This document shows, in pieces, positions 9,985-18,184 of a stretch of DNA of 32,058 nt (its first letter is position 1; each line of letters opens with the position of its first letter). The position numbers and the translations under genes are program-made. Source of the DNA: a virus. Lineage: Duplodnaviria > Caudoviricetes. Under the pieces are notes generated by a model. It saw only the letters and a program-made list of their open reading frames with translations. It was not told the DNA's origin and did not search any database. The DNA lies in the IMG/VR virus record IMGVR_UViG_3300022895_000020, positions 1 through 32,058 of that record. One strand, 5' to 3'.

Positions 9985-10458
9985 CTACTGCATTCCTGCT
10001 AGCGTACTAAACTTCTCCGGCATTTCCCAGCTTTCAAAGGAGAAATCAAATTCATCTTCCAGATAATCCGCATCCGCATCGAACTTAGCAATGGTCCCAC
10101 CATCAAGGTTACAGTCCTTTAAGATGACAGTCTGACGTCCCACACTGGAAGTTGGGTCTTCATTGGTTATCTGGATATCAAAATAGACATCCTTGCCAGT
10201 TTCCTGAAACTGATATAAAAGCTCCCTAAAAATACTGGTATTGTAATGAAACGTTGCGGAGCCGCTCCCTTTAGATCCAACAGTTTTATTTCCCTTCATG
10301 GTTCTTCCTAAAATTGGCACTTCCGTTTTTGTCTTCTCGATCTTAGCTTCAAGGTTAAGAGCCTGCATAAAATTGTACCGGTTATTACCGATCGTGACAT
10401 AACATTCTGCCTGAGCGGCACTGATGGCGTCCCAAGCATTCATAGTGTTCTGGTTCAT
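9985..10458 (-). CDS. xkdM: Tail tube protein XkdM
   Basis: YFDIQITNEDPTSSVGRQT, LEDEFDFSFE motifs; follows the sheath gene. Confidence 0.93.
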   Translation of the reverse strand: MNQNTMNAWDAISAAQAECYVTIGNNRYNFMQALNLEAKIEKTKTEVPILGRTMKGNKTVGSKGSGSATFHYNTSIFRELLYQFQETGKDVYFDIQITNEDPTSSVGRQTVILKDCNLDGGTIAKFDADADYLEDEFDFSFESWEMPEKFSTLAGMQ

Positions 10459-10474
10459 AATCCTTCACTCCTTC

Positions 10475-11773
10475 CTACGAAACCACTACGGTCATATACA
10501 ATTGACTCATACAGTTAATCGGTTCTACCGGGAAATTCACCACGACAGACCGCTTGCTGGAACCCTTATTAACCGTGATTGCATCAGCCTTCACCGCTTC
10601 AATGGCCCGGAGTGTGGTAAGCTGTTTTCCATAGGTAACGATATCATTCCAAAGGCTAACCCGGCCTGCAGCATCGTTGGGAATCTTACCTAGATACCGG
10701 GTATTGAACAGGGAGGCTATATCGTTTCCAATCTGATCCAGAACTCGGATTGTCTGATTGCTGGAAAAGTCCTCGCCTTTCTCTTCTGTGTAGGTCACAA
10801 GGGTATTGATATCCATCAGAACCCGGATTTCACTCCCGACCATATGGAATAGAAATCTTCCTGCCTGAATTCCCTCTTTGAGCTGAATTTGAGTGTAATC
10901 AGCCTTGACAGAATATTCTCCGTCATAGGTCTTATTCTCCGTGGTCTTATTGATGGCACAAGAGGCCTCCGCCCCAGTGGTCCAGTAAACTAATCCAGAC
11001 TCCAACTCCTCTGCTTCGTTCTCCACGGAAATGACTCCCTCATAATTGGCTTTTGTATACCGGTATAAAACAGTCTGAAACTTGACCCCGTTTTCGTCTC
11101 TCATCCGCTTTGTGAATGCCGAAAAGAGCGCCTTTACATTCTCATCAACCGATGGACAGCAGAGAACCTGGAAAGAATAATTTTCCATTTTGGCAAGAAA
11201 AGCTGCATAGTCTTCACCGGTTACTGCTTCTCCGCTGGTCCCCCCGGTAAATGTCATACCGGCCGTCTCTGCAAGAGTCGCAGTTTTCTTAAAGGTTATG
11301 TAGGCGTTATCCTTTAAGCCACTAGCACCGGCCACAGTCTGGACGTCTACTTCTATCCCTGCAAACAGTGTTTTAACATCAAACTTAGTTTCATCATCAA
11401 TGTTCTTGGATATCACAATTTTTAAATTGTTCCCCCGGACACCGCCGTAAACAGAGGTACCATAATCATTTTCTGCCTTTGCTCCGACATTAAGACGATA
11501 AAATATTCCCTTTGTCAGATTTCTAAACAGTTCTCTGACCGGGATCATTGCTGCATCATCATAAGAGTATCCGAAGATCTCTCGGCTCTTTCCTTGAAAA
11601 TCCTCTGCCGTTACTTCAAACACTTTCTTTTCCGGTCCCCAATCAAGTACCATGGGAATAGCTGCAACTCCTCGTTCTCCCATAGCCGCCCCTGCAGAAG
11701 CAGCATTGACAAAATTGATATAGGCACCTGGGAGAACCTTATTTTGAGTTGTAAAATTTCCTCCGCCTAACAT
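10475..11773 (-). CDS. xkdK: Tail sheath protein XkdK
   Basis: MLGGG.F..QNKVLPGAYINF, NQTIRVLDQI.NDI, GKIPND..GR motifs. Confidence 0.95.
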   Translation of the reverse strand: MLGGGNFTTQNKVLPGAYINFVNAASAGAAMGERGVAAIPMVLDWGPEKKVFEVTAEDFQGKSREIFGYSYDDAAMIPVRELFRNLTKGIFYRLNVGAKAENDYGTSVYGGVRGNNLKIVISKNIDDETKFDVKTLFAGIEVDVQTVAGASGLKDNAYITFKKTATLAETAGMTFTGGTSGEAVTGEDYAAFLAKMENYSFQVLCCPSVDENVKALFSAFTKRMRDENGVKFQTVLYRYTKANYEGVISVENEAEELESGLVYWTTGAEASCAINKTTENKTYDGEYSVKADYTQIQLKEGIQAGRFLFHMVGSEIRVLMDINTLVTYTEEKGEDFSSNQTIRVLDQIGNDIASLFNTRYLGKIPNDAAGRVSLWNDIVTYGKQLTTLRAIEAVKADAITVNKGSSKRSVVVNFPVEPINCMSQLYMTVVVS

Positions 11774-11970
11774 ACACTCACCTTTCCTTTCATGAACTTT
11801 TCAAGCAGCTCATCCGCCTCTGCCATCGTATAGGCCTTTCCGGGTTTTAAAAGGGCATTGATCATATCCTTTTTTCCACGATACCGTTTAGAATTGGCCA
11901 ACTGCTCCTTTGTATAGCGAACAGCCACTCCCGGCTCCGCCTGTTTACTCGTTTTTCCTGCCATAACCAT
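11767..11970 (-). CDS. Small conserved phage protein upstream of the sheath gene
   Basis: YTKEQL..SKRY...D...ALL..GK.YT..E...L.KFMKG pattern; RBS favours the ATG at 11964. Confidence 0.75.
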   Translation of the reverse strand: MVMAGKTSKQAEPGVAVRYTKEQLANSKRYRGKKDMINALLKPGKAYTMAEADELLEKFMKGKVSVC

Positions 11971-11977
11971 ACTCCTT

Positions 11978-12391
11978 TCATTTTACTGTAATATTATCCA
12001 TAGCCTCTTCAGTTTTGCCGGTCCGCAGCCCGAACCGGTCGTAATTTACAAAGAAGGACAATACTCCATCTCTTGATACTCCGCTTCGTCTTGTTCCCCG
12101 CATCAGAGAGCCATCAGCCAGAGAAAGATATTCCATGGATTCCATTAATATTTCAAGAACTCGGTTCAACTCCCTTGCAGGCTGCTCCATCTCTTCAGGC
12201 ATATATTGGACATACATTCCTGTACTACGGAAATACCGTTGACCAAGAAGAGCTTTTTCAGATGGTTCCAAAAATCCCACAAAAAAACAGGGCTCTATTA
12301 GTCCCTGGTCTACTTTACTGGTATAGACGGTGGTTTCCGGAAAGAGAGTGTCAAGCTTTCTGGTCACCGCGTCCATGATGTCGTTATACAT
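11978..12391 (-). CDS. Putative tail terminator/completion protein
   Basis: QGLIEPCFF and DGVLSFFVNY motifs; position between the HK97-gp10-like gene and the sheath. Confidence 0.75.
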   Translation of the reverse strand: MYNDIMDAVTRKLDTLFPETTVYTSKVDQGLIEPCFFVGFLEPSEKALLGQRYFRSTGMYVQYMPEEMEQPARELNRVLEILMESMEYLSLADGSLMRGTRRSGVSRDGVLSFFVNYDRFGLRTGKTEEAMDNITVK

Positions 12392-12920
12392 GAAATGCCC
12401 CCTTTAAATAATCGGATATTTTTTTCTCGATCATCTTAGGAGCTTGTTCTTCCAGCTCCCGCTCTGATATAGTCAACATGAACTGGCCAGGCACCCAGCC
12501 TTTATGATTAGCGGTTCTATGTCCATATTCCACGTAGGAGGCATATTCCGTGGGGTTGACAATTTCAATGGAATAGCCCTCATCGGTTTTCACCACCTCA
12601 CCAGCTGTCCATCCGGCACGAAGTACACCACCTTGCTTACCAGTTTTCGGCGTGAATGTAATGGTTTTAGGGTTTTTCGTAACAAAATCAACCTCTTTAC
12701 CACTTTTCGTTGTGAAATGAACCTTTTTCCCTGCAGGCGTAGTAAATGTAACAGGCTTATCATATTGGCCCACAGGAGTTCTCTTCTTAACCTTCGCCAG
12801 TAAACGTGCCGCCAGATACTTAGCGCAGTCCTCGCATAATTTATCCCTGTCTTTATCAAGTTGCTCAATCTGATTTTGAAACTGTCTGATCTCTTTAAAA
12901 TCAAACTTTCCTCCAGACAT
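12384..12920 (-). CDS. HK97 gp10-like neck/tail completion protein
   Basis: KRTPVG, G.LRAGW, NPTEYASYVEYGHRT, G.FML motifs; start re-placed at ATG 12920 (GAAGGAG RBS). Confidence 0.85.
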   Translation of the reverse strand: MSGGKFDFKEIRQFQNQIEQLDKDRDKLCEDCAKYLAARLLAKVKKRTPVGQYDKPVTFTTPAGKKVHFTTKSGKEVDFVTKNPKTITFTPKTGKQGGVLRAGWTAGEVVKTDEGYSIEIVNPTEYASYVEYGHRTANHKGWVPGQFMLTISERELEEQAPKMIEKKISDYLKGAFHV

Positions 12921-13315
12921 TATGCTTTCTCCTTCCACAGTTCCAGGACAATTTCCTGATGGCTGCCATATACTGCCGGCTGGCCGCTTCTGGAATAGAA
13001 CTCGGTACGGCCAGCCTGAGTGACTTCTATTTTGCTTCCGGGCAACACCACGATTTCCGGAGCAAGAAATAGCTTGATCACTTGTCGGAGCTTGGAAACT
13101 GTGCCTACATCGTCAGTAGATGAGATACTTGAAAAAGAAAGATGGCAGGACCGATCTTCCACCACCTTCTTCATCTTCTGGCTGGTCACTTTTGTATCCG
13201 GATCCTTATACGGCTGCTTTTCATAGATATTACAGGTCCCGTCATAAGTAGATTCAATAACCTTCCGGTGTATCTTTCTGGCCTGTTTCATTGCATCAGA
13301 AATCATTTTTATCAC
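12920..13315 (-). CDS. Head-tail adaptor/head closure protein
   Basis: KLFLAPE..V.PGSKIEVT...YGSHQEI motif; synteny. Confidence 0.75.
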   Translation of the reverse strand: MIKMISDAMKQARKIHRKVIESTYDGTCNIYEKQPYKDPDTKVTSQKMKKVVEDRSCHLSFSSISSTDDVGTVSKLRQVIKLFLAPEIVVLPGSKIEVTQAGRTEFYSRSGQPAVYGSHQEIVLELWKEKA

Positions 13316-13647
13316 CCGGTCTTTCGATATCGATTCAGCTGCACCTTGTAGTTTTTTAAGATACTTTCCTGTAAGGCACTGGCCGCACTGGTAAAGCTGG
13401 TTTTGGTATCCCCTTCCGATATAGAAGTGACTGTAACCGGAACTTCTCCTTCTCCCAGCCCTTCATGCCTGTATAAATCTATCGCCATGCGGTAGCAGGT
13501 ATTTACAAGCCCTTCTGGTACGTTTTTGATATGGCAGTAGTTCCTTACCGTTTCTTCCACGTCCTCCATGATAAATGTAAGCTGGGGATCCTGGGAGACA
13601 TCTTCCTTGGATATCCCCAGTAATTCTTTTAATCTTCCCAGTTCCAT
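13312..13647 (-). CDS. Head-tail connector protein (gp6/gp15-like)
   Basis: VRNYCHI..VPEGL, SISEGDT..SF, QLNRYRK; start MELGRL at 13647 after AAGGAGG. Confidence 0.85.
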   Translation of the reverse strand: MELGRLKELLGISKEDVSQDPQLTFIMEDVEETVRNYCHIKNVPEGLVNTCYRMAIDLYRHEGLGEGEVPVTVTSISEGDTKTSFTSAASALQESILKNYKVQLNRYRKTG

Positions 13648-13657
13648 AGAATCCTCC

Positions 13658-14677
13658 TTATGAAATGGTAGCAACAAATACCTGATCGGCATAAGGGAAG
13701 GAAGGCAGCGCCGTAGCCACGGCCTTGATCCACTTGGCCACTGGATCAATGGTATTGTACTGGCAGACAATTATCTTCCCAACCTCGGAAATTTCAACAT
13801 CAGAGTTCCTTCTAAGTTCTAATTCCTCTGCAGTTACTCCGTAGAAGGTATCTCCCATCTTACCCTCGGGCATCATGACAAAAGCATTTTCAGGAAGGAA
13901 ACGTTTTGCACTGTATTTTCCTTTTGTATCCTGAATACGGTACTTTTTATCGTAAATAGCAATCTGAGGAAGCTTCTGCTGGGCAAGGAATGCATTAAGC
14001 TCTGCCACAGTCAAAAGCTTGGAACTGTTTACACCAAACACAGCCGCCCGGATCCTTTCATCACGCAAGATGGCGCTTAAGTTCTTCTTGGAAGTCAATG
14101 CTCTAACGGGAGTAAATCCGGTATCATCCACAATGGTTTCCACCATCTCTTCCATGTCTTCCAGGATTGTAGGACTTCCGGAAAGCCAGGTCTTGCTTGT
14201 TTTATGTTCTGCCGGCATTCCGTAATCAATGGAGGCTTTGACCCCATTTTCATTAATCACAATCTTACCAGTGGAAAGGGCCTCCATTCTCATGCACTCT
14301 ACACGAGTACGGACAGAAGCAACCAGATTATCTACATCACGGAAAATATTCTTAATCATATCCTCCTCTTCCCTGTCATTTCTAGGACTTTCCAGGGCGA
14401 TGATAGTTTTCTCCGGAATCTTGATTTTCTTCTTAATCAGAGCCAGATCCTGAGTGAATACTTCAGCACCTTCTCTGGACCCGATCTCGGCCTCAGTATC
14501 AAAGGCATGGACCTTTGCGGATACAGGTAAGTTGCTGGCACCCTTTACCATGTCAATTTCCAGCGCTTCCTTTTTGTCTTCCGGGAATAAATATTCCCCC
14601 ATATAGGGTTCCTGAGCGCGCTCCTTTGTGTAATCAATTAAATCTCTTGGTGTTAATAATTCTTCTACTCTGGCCAT
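13658..14677 (-). CDS. Major capsid protein (phage capsid E-like family)
   Basis: RVECMRMEALSTG, IDYG.P, KAVATALPSF motifs; start MARVEE at 14677 after AAGGAGG. Confidence 0.92.
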   Translation of the reverse strand: MARVEELLTPRDLIDYTKERAQEPYMGEYLFPEDKKEALEIDMVKGASNLPVSAKVHAFDTEAEIGSREGAEVFTQDLALIKKKIKIPEKTIIALESPRNDREEEDMIKNIFRDVDNLVASVRTRVECMRMEALSTGKIVINENGVKASIDYGMPAEHKTSKTWLSGSPTILEDMEEMVETIVDDTGFTPVRALTSKKNLSAILRDERIRAAVFGVNSSKLLTVAELNAFLAQQKLPQIAIYDKKYRIQDTKGKYSAKRFLPENAFVMMPEGKMGDTFYGVTAEELELRRNSDVEISEVGKIIVCQYNTIDPVAKWIKAVATALPSFPYADQVFVATIS

Positions 14678-14678
14678 A

Positions 14679-15089
14679 TTAGTCCTCCTTAATCTGTAAC
14701 TGTCCATCAATAAAAAATTTGATAAACGGCATTTTTACAATGAGCTGCTGTACGGCTTCCTCGATATAATCCCCCTGAAGGCGTTCAGCATTAACGGATC
14801 CATCAATCATCAATGCCCCCGGCTGCTGACCATGTGTTACCTCCACGGTGTCAAAAAGGATCCCGGCAGGTGCTGCTGACAAAGCATAAGTATAGGAACC
14901 GGAAGAGCCGCTCCTTGTCACCTTCACCGCTTTTCCGTCTTTGTCCAGAAGTGTACCAGCTGATACAAACTTCTTTCCATACTCATCAGCTGTTACGCCG
15001 GTATCGTTTACCGTGCAGCTGATGTTTTGGTACTTTTCACTTTTCAAAAATTCTGGGGTGTTCCCAAAGGTCTTCTTTGATAAAAACAT
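14679..15089 (-). CDS. Head decoration/cement protein
   Basis: GKK.V.AGT, GILF..V.VT.G...GA....G.V...RL; between the scaffold and capsid genes. Confidence 0.75.
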   Translation of the reverse strand: MFLSKKTFGNTPEFLKSEKYQNISCTVNDTGVTADEYGKKFVSAGTLLDKDGKAVKVTRSGSSGSYTYALSAAPAGILFDTVEVTHGQQPGALMIDGSVNAERLQGDYIEEAVQQLIVKMPFIKFFIDGQLQIKED

Positions 15090-15114
15090 TTTATTACCTC
15101 ACTTTCATTTTTTA

Positions 15115-15732
15115 TTAGCCCCATGCCTTGGCATAAGGATTTTCTGCTGCTTCAGCAGTCTTATTTAAGGTCTCTGCAATTCCCTTCCCGAAACCATTTT
15201 CGTTGGTACTACCAGCTCTGGGTTTGTAGCCTCCTGTACCTGATTCTTTTCCAGTACATCCTTTGCCCGGATCGGATTCTTTAAACAGAAATGCTTTGGA
15301 TTCCTTTATGGTCTTGATCTGCTCCTCCAGGCCAGATATCTTGCCATCATCGGCCAGTATCAGCTTTGTTTTATCCACAAGTCCGGTGACAATATCAACA
15401 TCATGGGCAGAACCGGCGAGAGCTACCTTAATAGCTGTGGAAAGCTTCAGTTCTTTCATGTCTGCCTCATTTTTCTCCTTAGCGGCTTTATTTTCTGCCT
15501 GCAGGGTTTCAATCGTCTTTTGCAGTTCTGCATTGTTTCCACTGTTCTTTTTCAAGGTTTCCAGCTGTTTATCGCGGTCCTTGATATCATTTTCCAGTTG
15601 TCCTTTCTCCTGATTAGCGGCATCATAATCTGCCTTCGGAACATAGGACTCCAGCTCCTTTTTAGAAGCTTCTGCCGCCTTTGCGGCTTGCTCCTCACTG
15701 ATTCCAAGTGCAATGAATTCTTCTTTTTTCAT
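15115..15732 (-). CDS. Capsid scaffolding protein (Gp20 minor structural family)
   Basis: MKKEEF..LG.SEEQ, KDRDKQLE.LK, GLEEQI..IKESK.FLF; start re-placed at 15732 (AAAGGA RBS). Confidence 0.9.
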   Translation of the reverse strand: MKKEEFIALGISEEQAAKAAEASKKELESYVPKADYDAANQEKGQLENDIKDRDKQLETLKKNSGNNAELQKTIETLQAENKAAKEKNEADMKELKLSTAIKVALAGSAHDVDIVTGLVDKTKLILADDGKISGLEEQIKTIKESKAFLFKESDPGKGCTGKESGTGGYKPRAGSTNENGFGKGIAETLNKTAEAAENPYAKAWG

Positions 15733-15843
15733 GATCTCATCCTTTCCATGCAATAAAATAACGCCCAGGAAGTCCTGCGCGCTTGATAGCTGTAAGGCAG
15801 CTTCACCCCGCCACCCGGAGGGAGATAATTGGATCACCTCCTA
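15733..15843 (-). promoter_or_regulatory. Structured leader upstream of the scaffold gene (hairpins, terminator-like end)
   Basis: GGAGGTGA/TTATCTCC stem and a CGCGCAGG-ACTT-CCTGGGCG stem followed by TTATTTTATT. Confidence 0.5.
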
Positions 15844-16116
15844 TTATTCTGCTAGTTCATAAGTAGCTTCGAAGATATCAGGCTTGCAAGGATAAAGTTC
15901 TCCTTTTACGCCCTTGATGATGTAGTTACCAACAGAAGCAGCCATTGTCCCCTCCAATGTTTTAATGCAACACTGAACATCAGGACACCCGATATTCCCA
16001 AATAATACCTCTCCTTTTTTAATGGCTTCCACAATCCATACCGGATCCTCTTCCTGATCGGGTCCTCCTGTCCACTTAAAAGCCTCAATTACCACGGGTT
16101 TCTTTCGATATTTCAT
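15844..16116 (-). CDS. Conserved small phage protein, candidate Acb4-like nucleotide sponge
   Basis: KYRKKPVVIEA...TLEG.M.A..G.YIIKGVKGELYPCKPDIFE.TYE; strong GGAGGG RBS; family assignment from memory only. Confidence 0.55.
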   Translation of the reverse strand: MKYRKKPVVIEAFKWTGGPDQEEDPVWIVEAIKKGEVLFGNIGCPDVQCCIKTLEGTMAASVGNYIIKGVKGELYPCKPDIFEATYELAE

Positions 16117-16131
16117 TCCATTCTCCCTCCT

Positions 16132-16147
16132 GTTGCGATATCACAAC
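16132..16147. promoter_or_regulatory. 16-bp near-perfect palindrome GTTGCGATATCACAAC
   Basis: 7 of 8 symmetric pairs match; directly upstream of the RBS of 15844..16116. Confidence 0.5.
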
Positions 16148-16160
16148 TTTTGAATATAAG

Positions 16161-16194
16161 AATACCACCGGCCTTTTTACTGACTGGTGGTATT
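16161..16194 (-). terminator. Stem-loop directly after the immunity-like gene
   Basis: AATACCACCAGTC-AGTAAAAA-GGCCGGTGGTATT followed by a weak T-rich tail (CTTATATT). Confidence 0.55.
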
Positions 16195-16399
16195 ATGACC
16201 TTGCTATTCTCAAGGCCTCCTCTTCACTGACTACTTCGTAGCAATCAAACTCTGGCGCATCTGGATAAAAATATCCCAAAGACAGGCCTCGTCTTCTCCA
16301 TTCCCCGTTTTTATAGTCAAAAAACTTGCGGCCCTCCTGTTTGATTATCGTTCCCCGATTGTCATAATCGGTCAATTTTAGATATCTTACATTATCCAT
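16193..16399 (-). CDS. Putative immunity protein for the MuF toxin (IapK-like position)
   Basis: 68 aa, overlaps the toxin ORF end by 8 nt, acidic/aromatic C-terminus YEVVSEEEA; polymorphic-toxin operon layout. Confidence 0.7.
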   Translation of the reverse strand: MDNVRYLKLTDYDNRGTIIKQEGRKFFDYKNGEWRRRGLSLGYFYPDAPEFDCYEVVSEEEALRIARS

Positions 16400-17054
16400 A
16401 ATTCTTCACCTTTTCAATGTCATTCGGTACTGCCATGGAGTCCGATAGTTCAAACATCTCATCATCTAACTCCATATACTCTTTGCTACTCATATCCTTA
16501 ATCAGGCGCTGCTTTTCATACAACTCATGCATTTTCCCATTTTTCACTTCAAAACTTTCGGAAGTATGATATTGAAGCTCAAAGGCCTGCCCGCTTGGGG
16601 CCCTTAAAGTCGTATTGATACCATTGTATGGGTTTAGTTTATCTGGCCAATAATTTTTAATCTCAACTGTATTATATCCTAACTGTTTATGCTTATCAAT
16701 AGCAGCTATCGTTTTATCAGCAAGTGACTCCGGTGTACCTGTGTATGTATACCGCAAAATGTCCTTAACTTCGTATTCATTGCCCAATGGGTCGTATTTT
16801 CTTCGTATTTTTGTAAGATAAGAGTCCTTTGACTTAACTCGATATTGAAGACCTGACGCACTCATCTTCAATTGCTCTGCAACCTGCTTGACATGTGCGG
16901 TTATATCCGGCTCATTTTCAAGGGCCTGATTATAATATGTCATCCCTCTGCTCTGAGCTTTTAAAATACCGTATTCTAACTTATCCGTGTATTTTATGTT
17001 CTGGAACTCATTAAAGCAGCAGGTACTTCTTTCCCAAGAGTTTCTTTGTACTTT
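16392..17054 (-). CDS. RelA/SpoT-fold (Apk2/Tas1-like alarmone synthetase) toxin domain, out of frame with upstream MuF
   Basis: YRVKSKDS...KIRRK, DILRYT, KNYW, YNGIN, FELQYHT motifs; frame is open from 17054, well upstream of the track ATG at 16943. Confidence 0.82.
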   Translation of the reverse strand, partial: KVQRNSWERSTCCFNEFQNIKYTDKLEYGILKAQSRGMTYYNQALENEPDITAHVKQVAEQLKMSASGLQYRVKSKDSYLTKIRRKYDPLGNEYEVKDILRYTYTGTPESLADKTIAAIDKHKQLGYNTVEIKNYWPDKLNPYNGINTTLRAPSGQAFELQYHTSESFEVKNGKMHELYEKQRLIKDMSSKEYMELDDEMFELSDSMAVPNDIEKVKNYG

Positions 17055-18184
17055 TCATACTGGGTTCTGTCAGACGCTTTATTCTTATGCATCTTCTCCA
17101 GTAAGACCGCCTGAGGGTCATTCTCCACAAACTCCTCATGCCATTGCTTATAAGTCATGCTGGCCGGCACTTCCATAGATTTGCCTGTAACTGGATCTCT
17201 GGCTGCTCGCATTTCTGCAACTGAAAACTCATCGTCAAAATAAGGAACTGTTGTTGTCCTACAACGCGGATGAAATGGGGGCGCGGTAACTCCGACTTCA
17301 TATTCTGACATATAATAAAATGGTTCTTTTTCGCTTCTCCCCTTACCGTCCATATTCCGGCATATCTCCGAAGTATGGGAATCCAACGTAACCAGGTTTT
17401 CATATCGATCCACACCGAGCTCCTTATAACAATCCTTCTGAGCTGTGGAGGCTATGGCCGCTGATTCCGTCATGATTAAGTTTCCCGCCTGACTTCGGCT
17501 TACGTCCATCACCTGCGCAAGGTTCCGAATCGCCTTCTTCGGATCAGATCCACGGATTATGCTCTGAGAAAGCTCTGTATGCAACTTAGTAACCAACTTC
17601 TCTTTGTTAGTCCATATACGTTCTGAGAAGCTGGATCCGTCCTGTGCCCATGGCTTACGAATGACCGTGTCTATTATCTTAGGGTCCAAGCGTGTCAGAT
17701 TACTCCCCACTCCTGTTCCCCTGGCTATTTCAAAGGCGGTATGGTAATAATTTTCTGTATATGCATTATGGAGAAACCCAATCGTGCCACCCTCATAAGT
17801 TGAATATAGAAGTTCAGCGTGCTGCCTGATCTGCAGTTTCATAGCCTCAAGCCTGGAAATATGGTATTTAGCAGAAGCATTTTCTAATTCTTTTAACCAG
17901 CGCTGATCAACAGCATTCTCTTTTCCGGCTTTTATGTACTGCTGAACGGTCCATTTAAATTCATCCAGTTCACTGGCCTTAAGCATTTTCTTGGCCTTGG
18001 CATAGCTTACTCCGTTATTATCCGCCAGTCGATTATACCAGCGTTCAATATCCATCTGCAGAAGCTTAGATGCTTCATCAAACTGTTTTTCCAGATCCCG
18101 GTAGTATGCCACACTTCGGCTGTACTGCTCATCTTCAAGTGCTGCCATTCGTTCTTTCCAGTAAGAACTATTCTTCTTCGCCAT
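16994..18184 (-). CDS. MuF / SPP1 gp7-like minor head protein (toxin carrier N-terminal part)
   Basis: FSERIW, TLD..TS.ICR.MDG, APPFHPRCRTTTVPYF, VPASMTY.QW motifs; directly after the portal gene. Confidence 0.92.
   Translation of the reverse strand: MAKKNSSYWKERMAALEDEQYSRSVAYYRDLEKQFDEASKLLQMDIERWYNRLADNNGVSYAKAKKMLKASELDEFKWTVQQYIKAGKENAVDQRWLKELENASAKYHISRLEAMKLQIRQHAELLYSTYEGGTIGFLHNAYTENYYHTAFEIARGTGVGSNLTRLDPKIIDTVIRKPWAQDGSSFSERIWTNKEKLVTKLHTELSQSIIRGSDPKKAIRNLAQVMDVSRSQAGNLIMTESAAIASTAQKDCYKELGVDRYENLVTLDSHTSEICRNMDGKGRSEKEPFYYMSEYEVGVTAPPFHPRCRTTTVPYFDDEFSVAEMRAARDPVTGKSMEVPASMTYKQWHEEFVENDPQAVLLEKMHKNKASDRTQYEKYKETLGKEVPAALMSSRT

Noticed and set aside
3310-11773. Stand-alone tailocin/PBSX-like defective element
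   Set aside because: Complete terminase, portal, capsid and replication genes are present, consistent with a full prophage
15831-15842. GGATCACCTCCT, identical to the 3' end of 16S rRNA
   Set aside because: Only 12 nt with no other rRNA sequence around it; better explained as an extended Shine-Dalgarno on the minus strand
17028-17040. GGGAAAG as a canonical slippery heptamer for the MuF shift
   Set aside because: In the MuF frame it is read CTT GGG AAA GAA, which is not the X XXY YYZ phase
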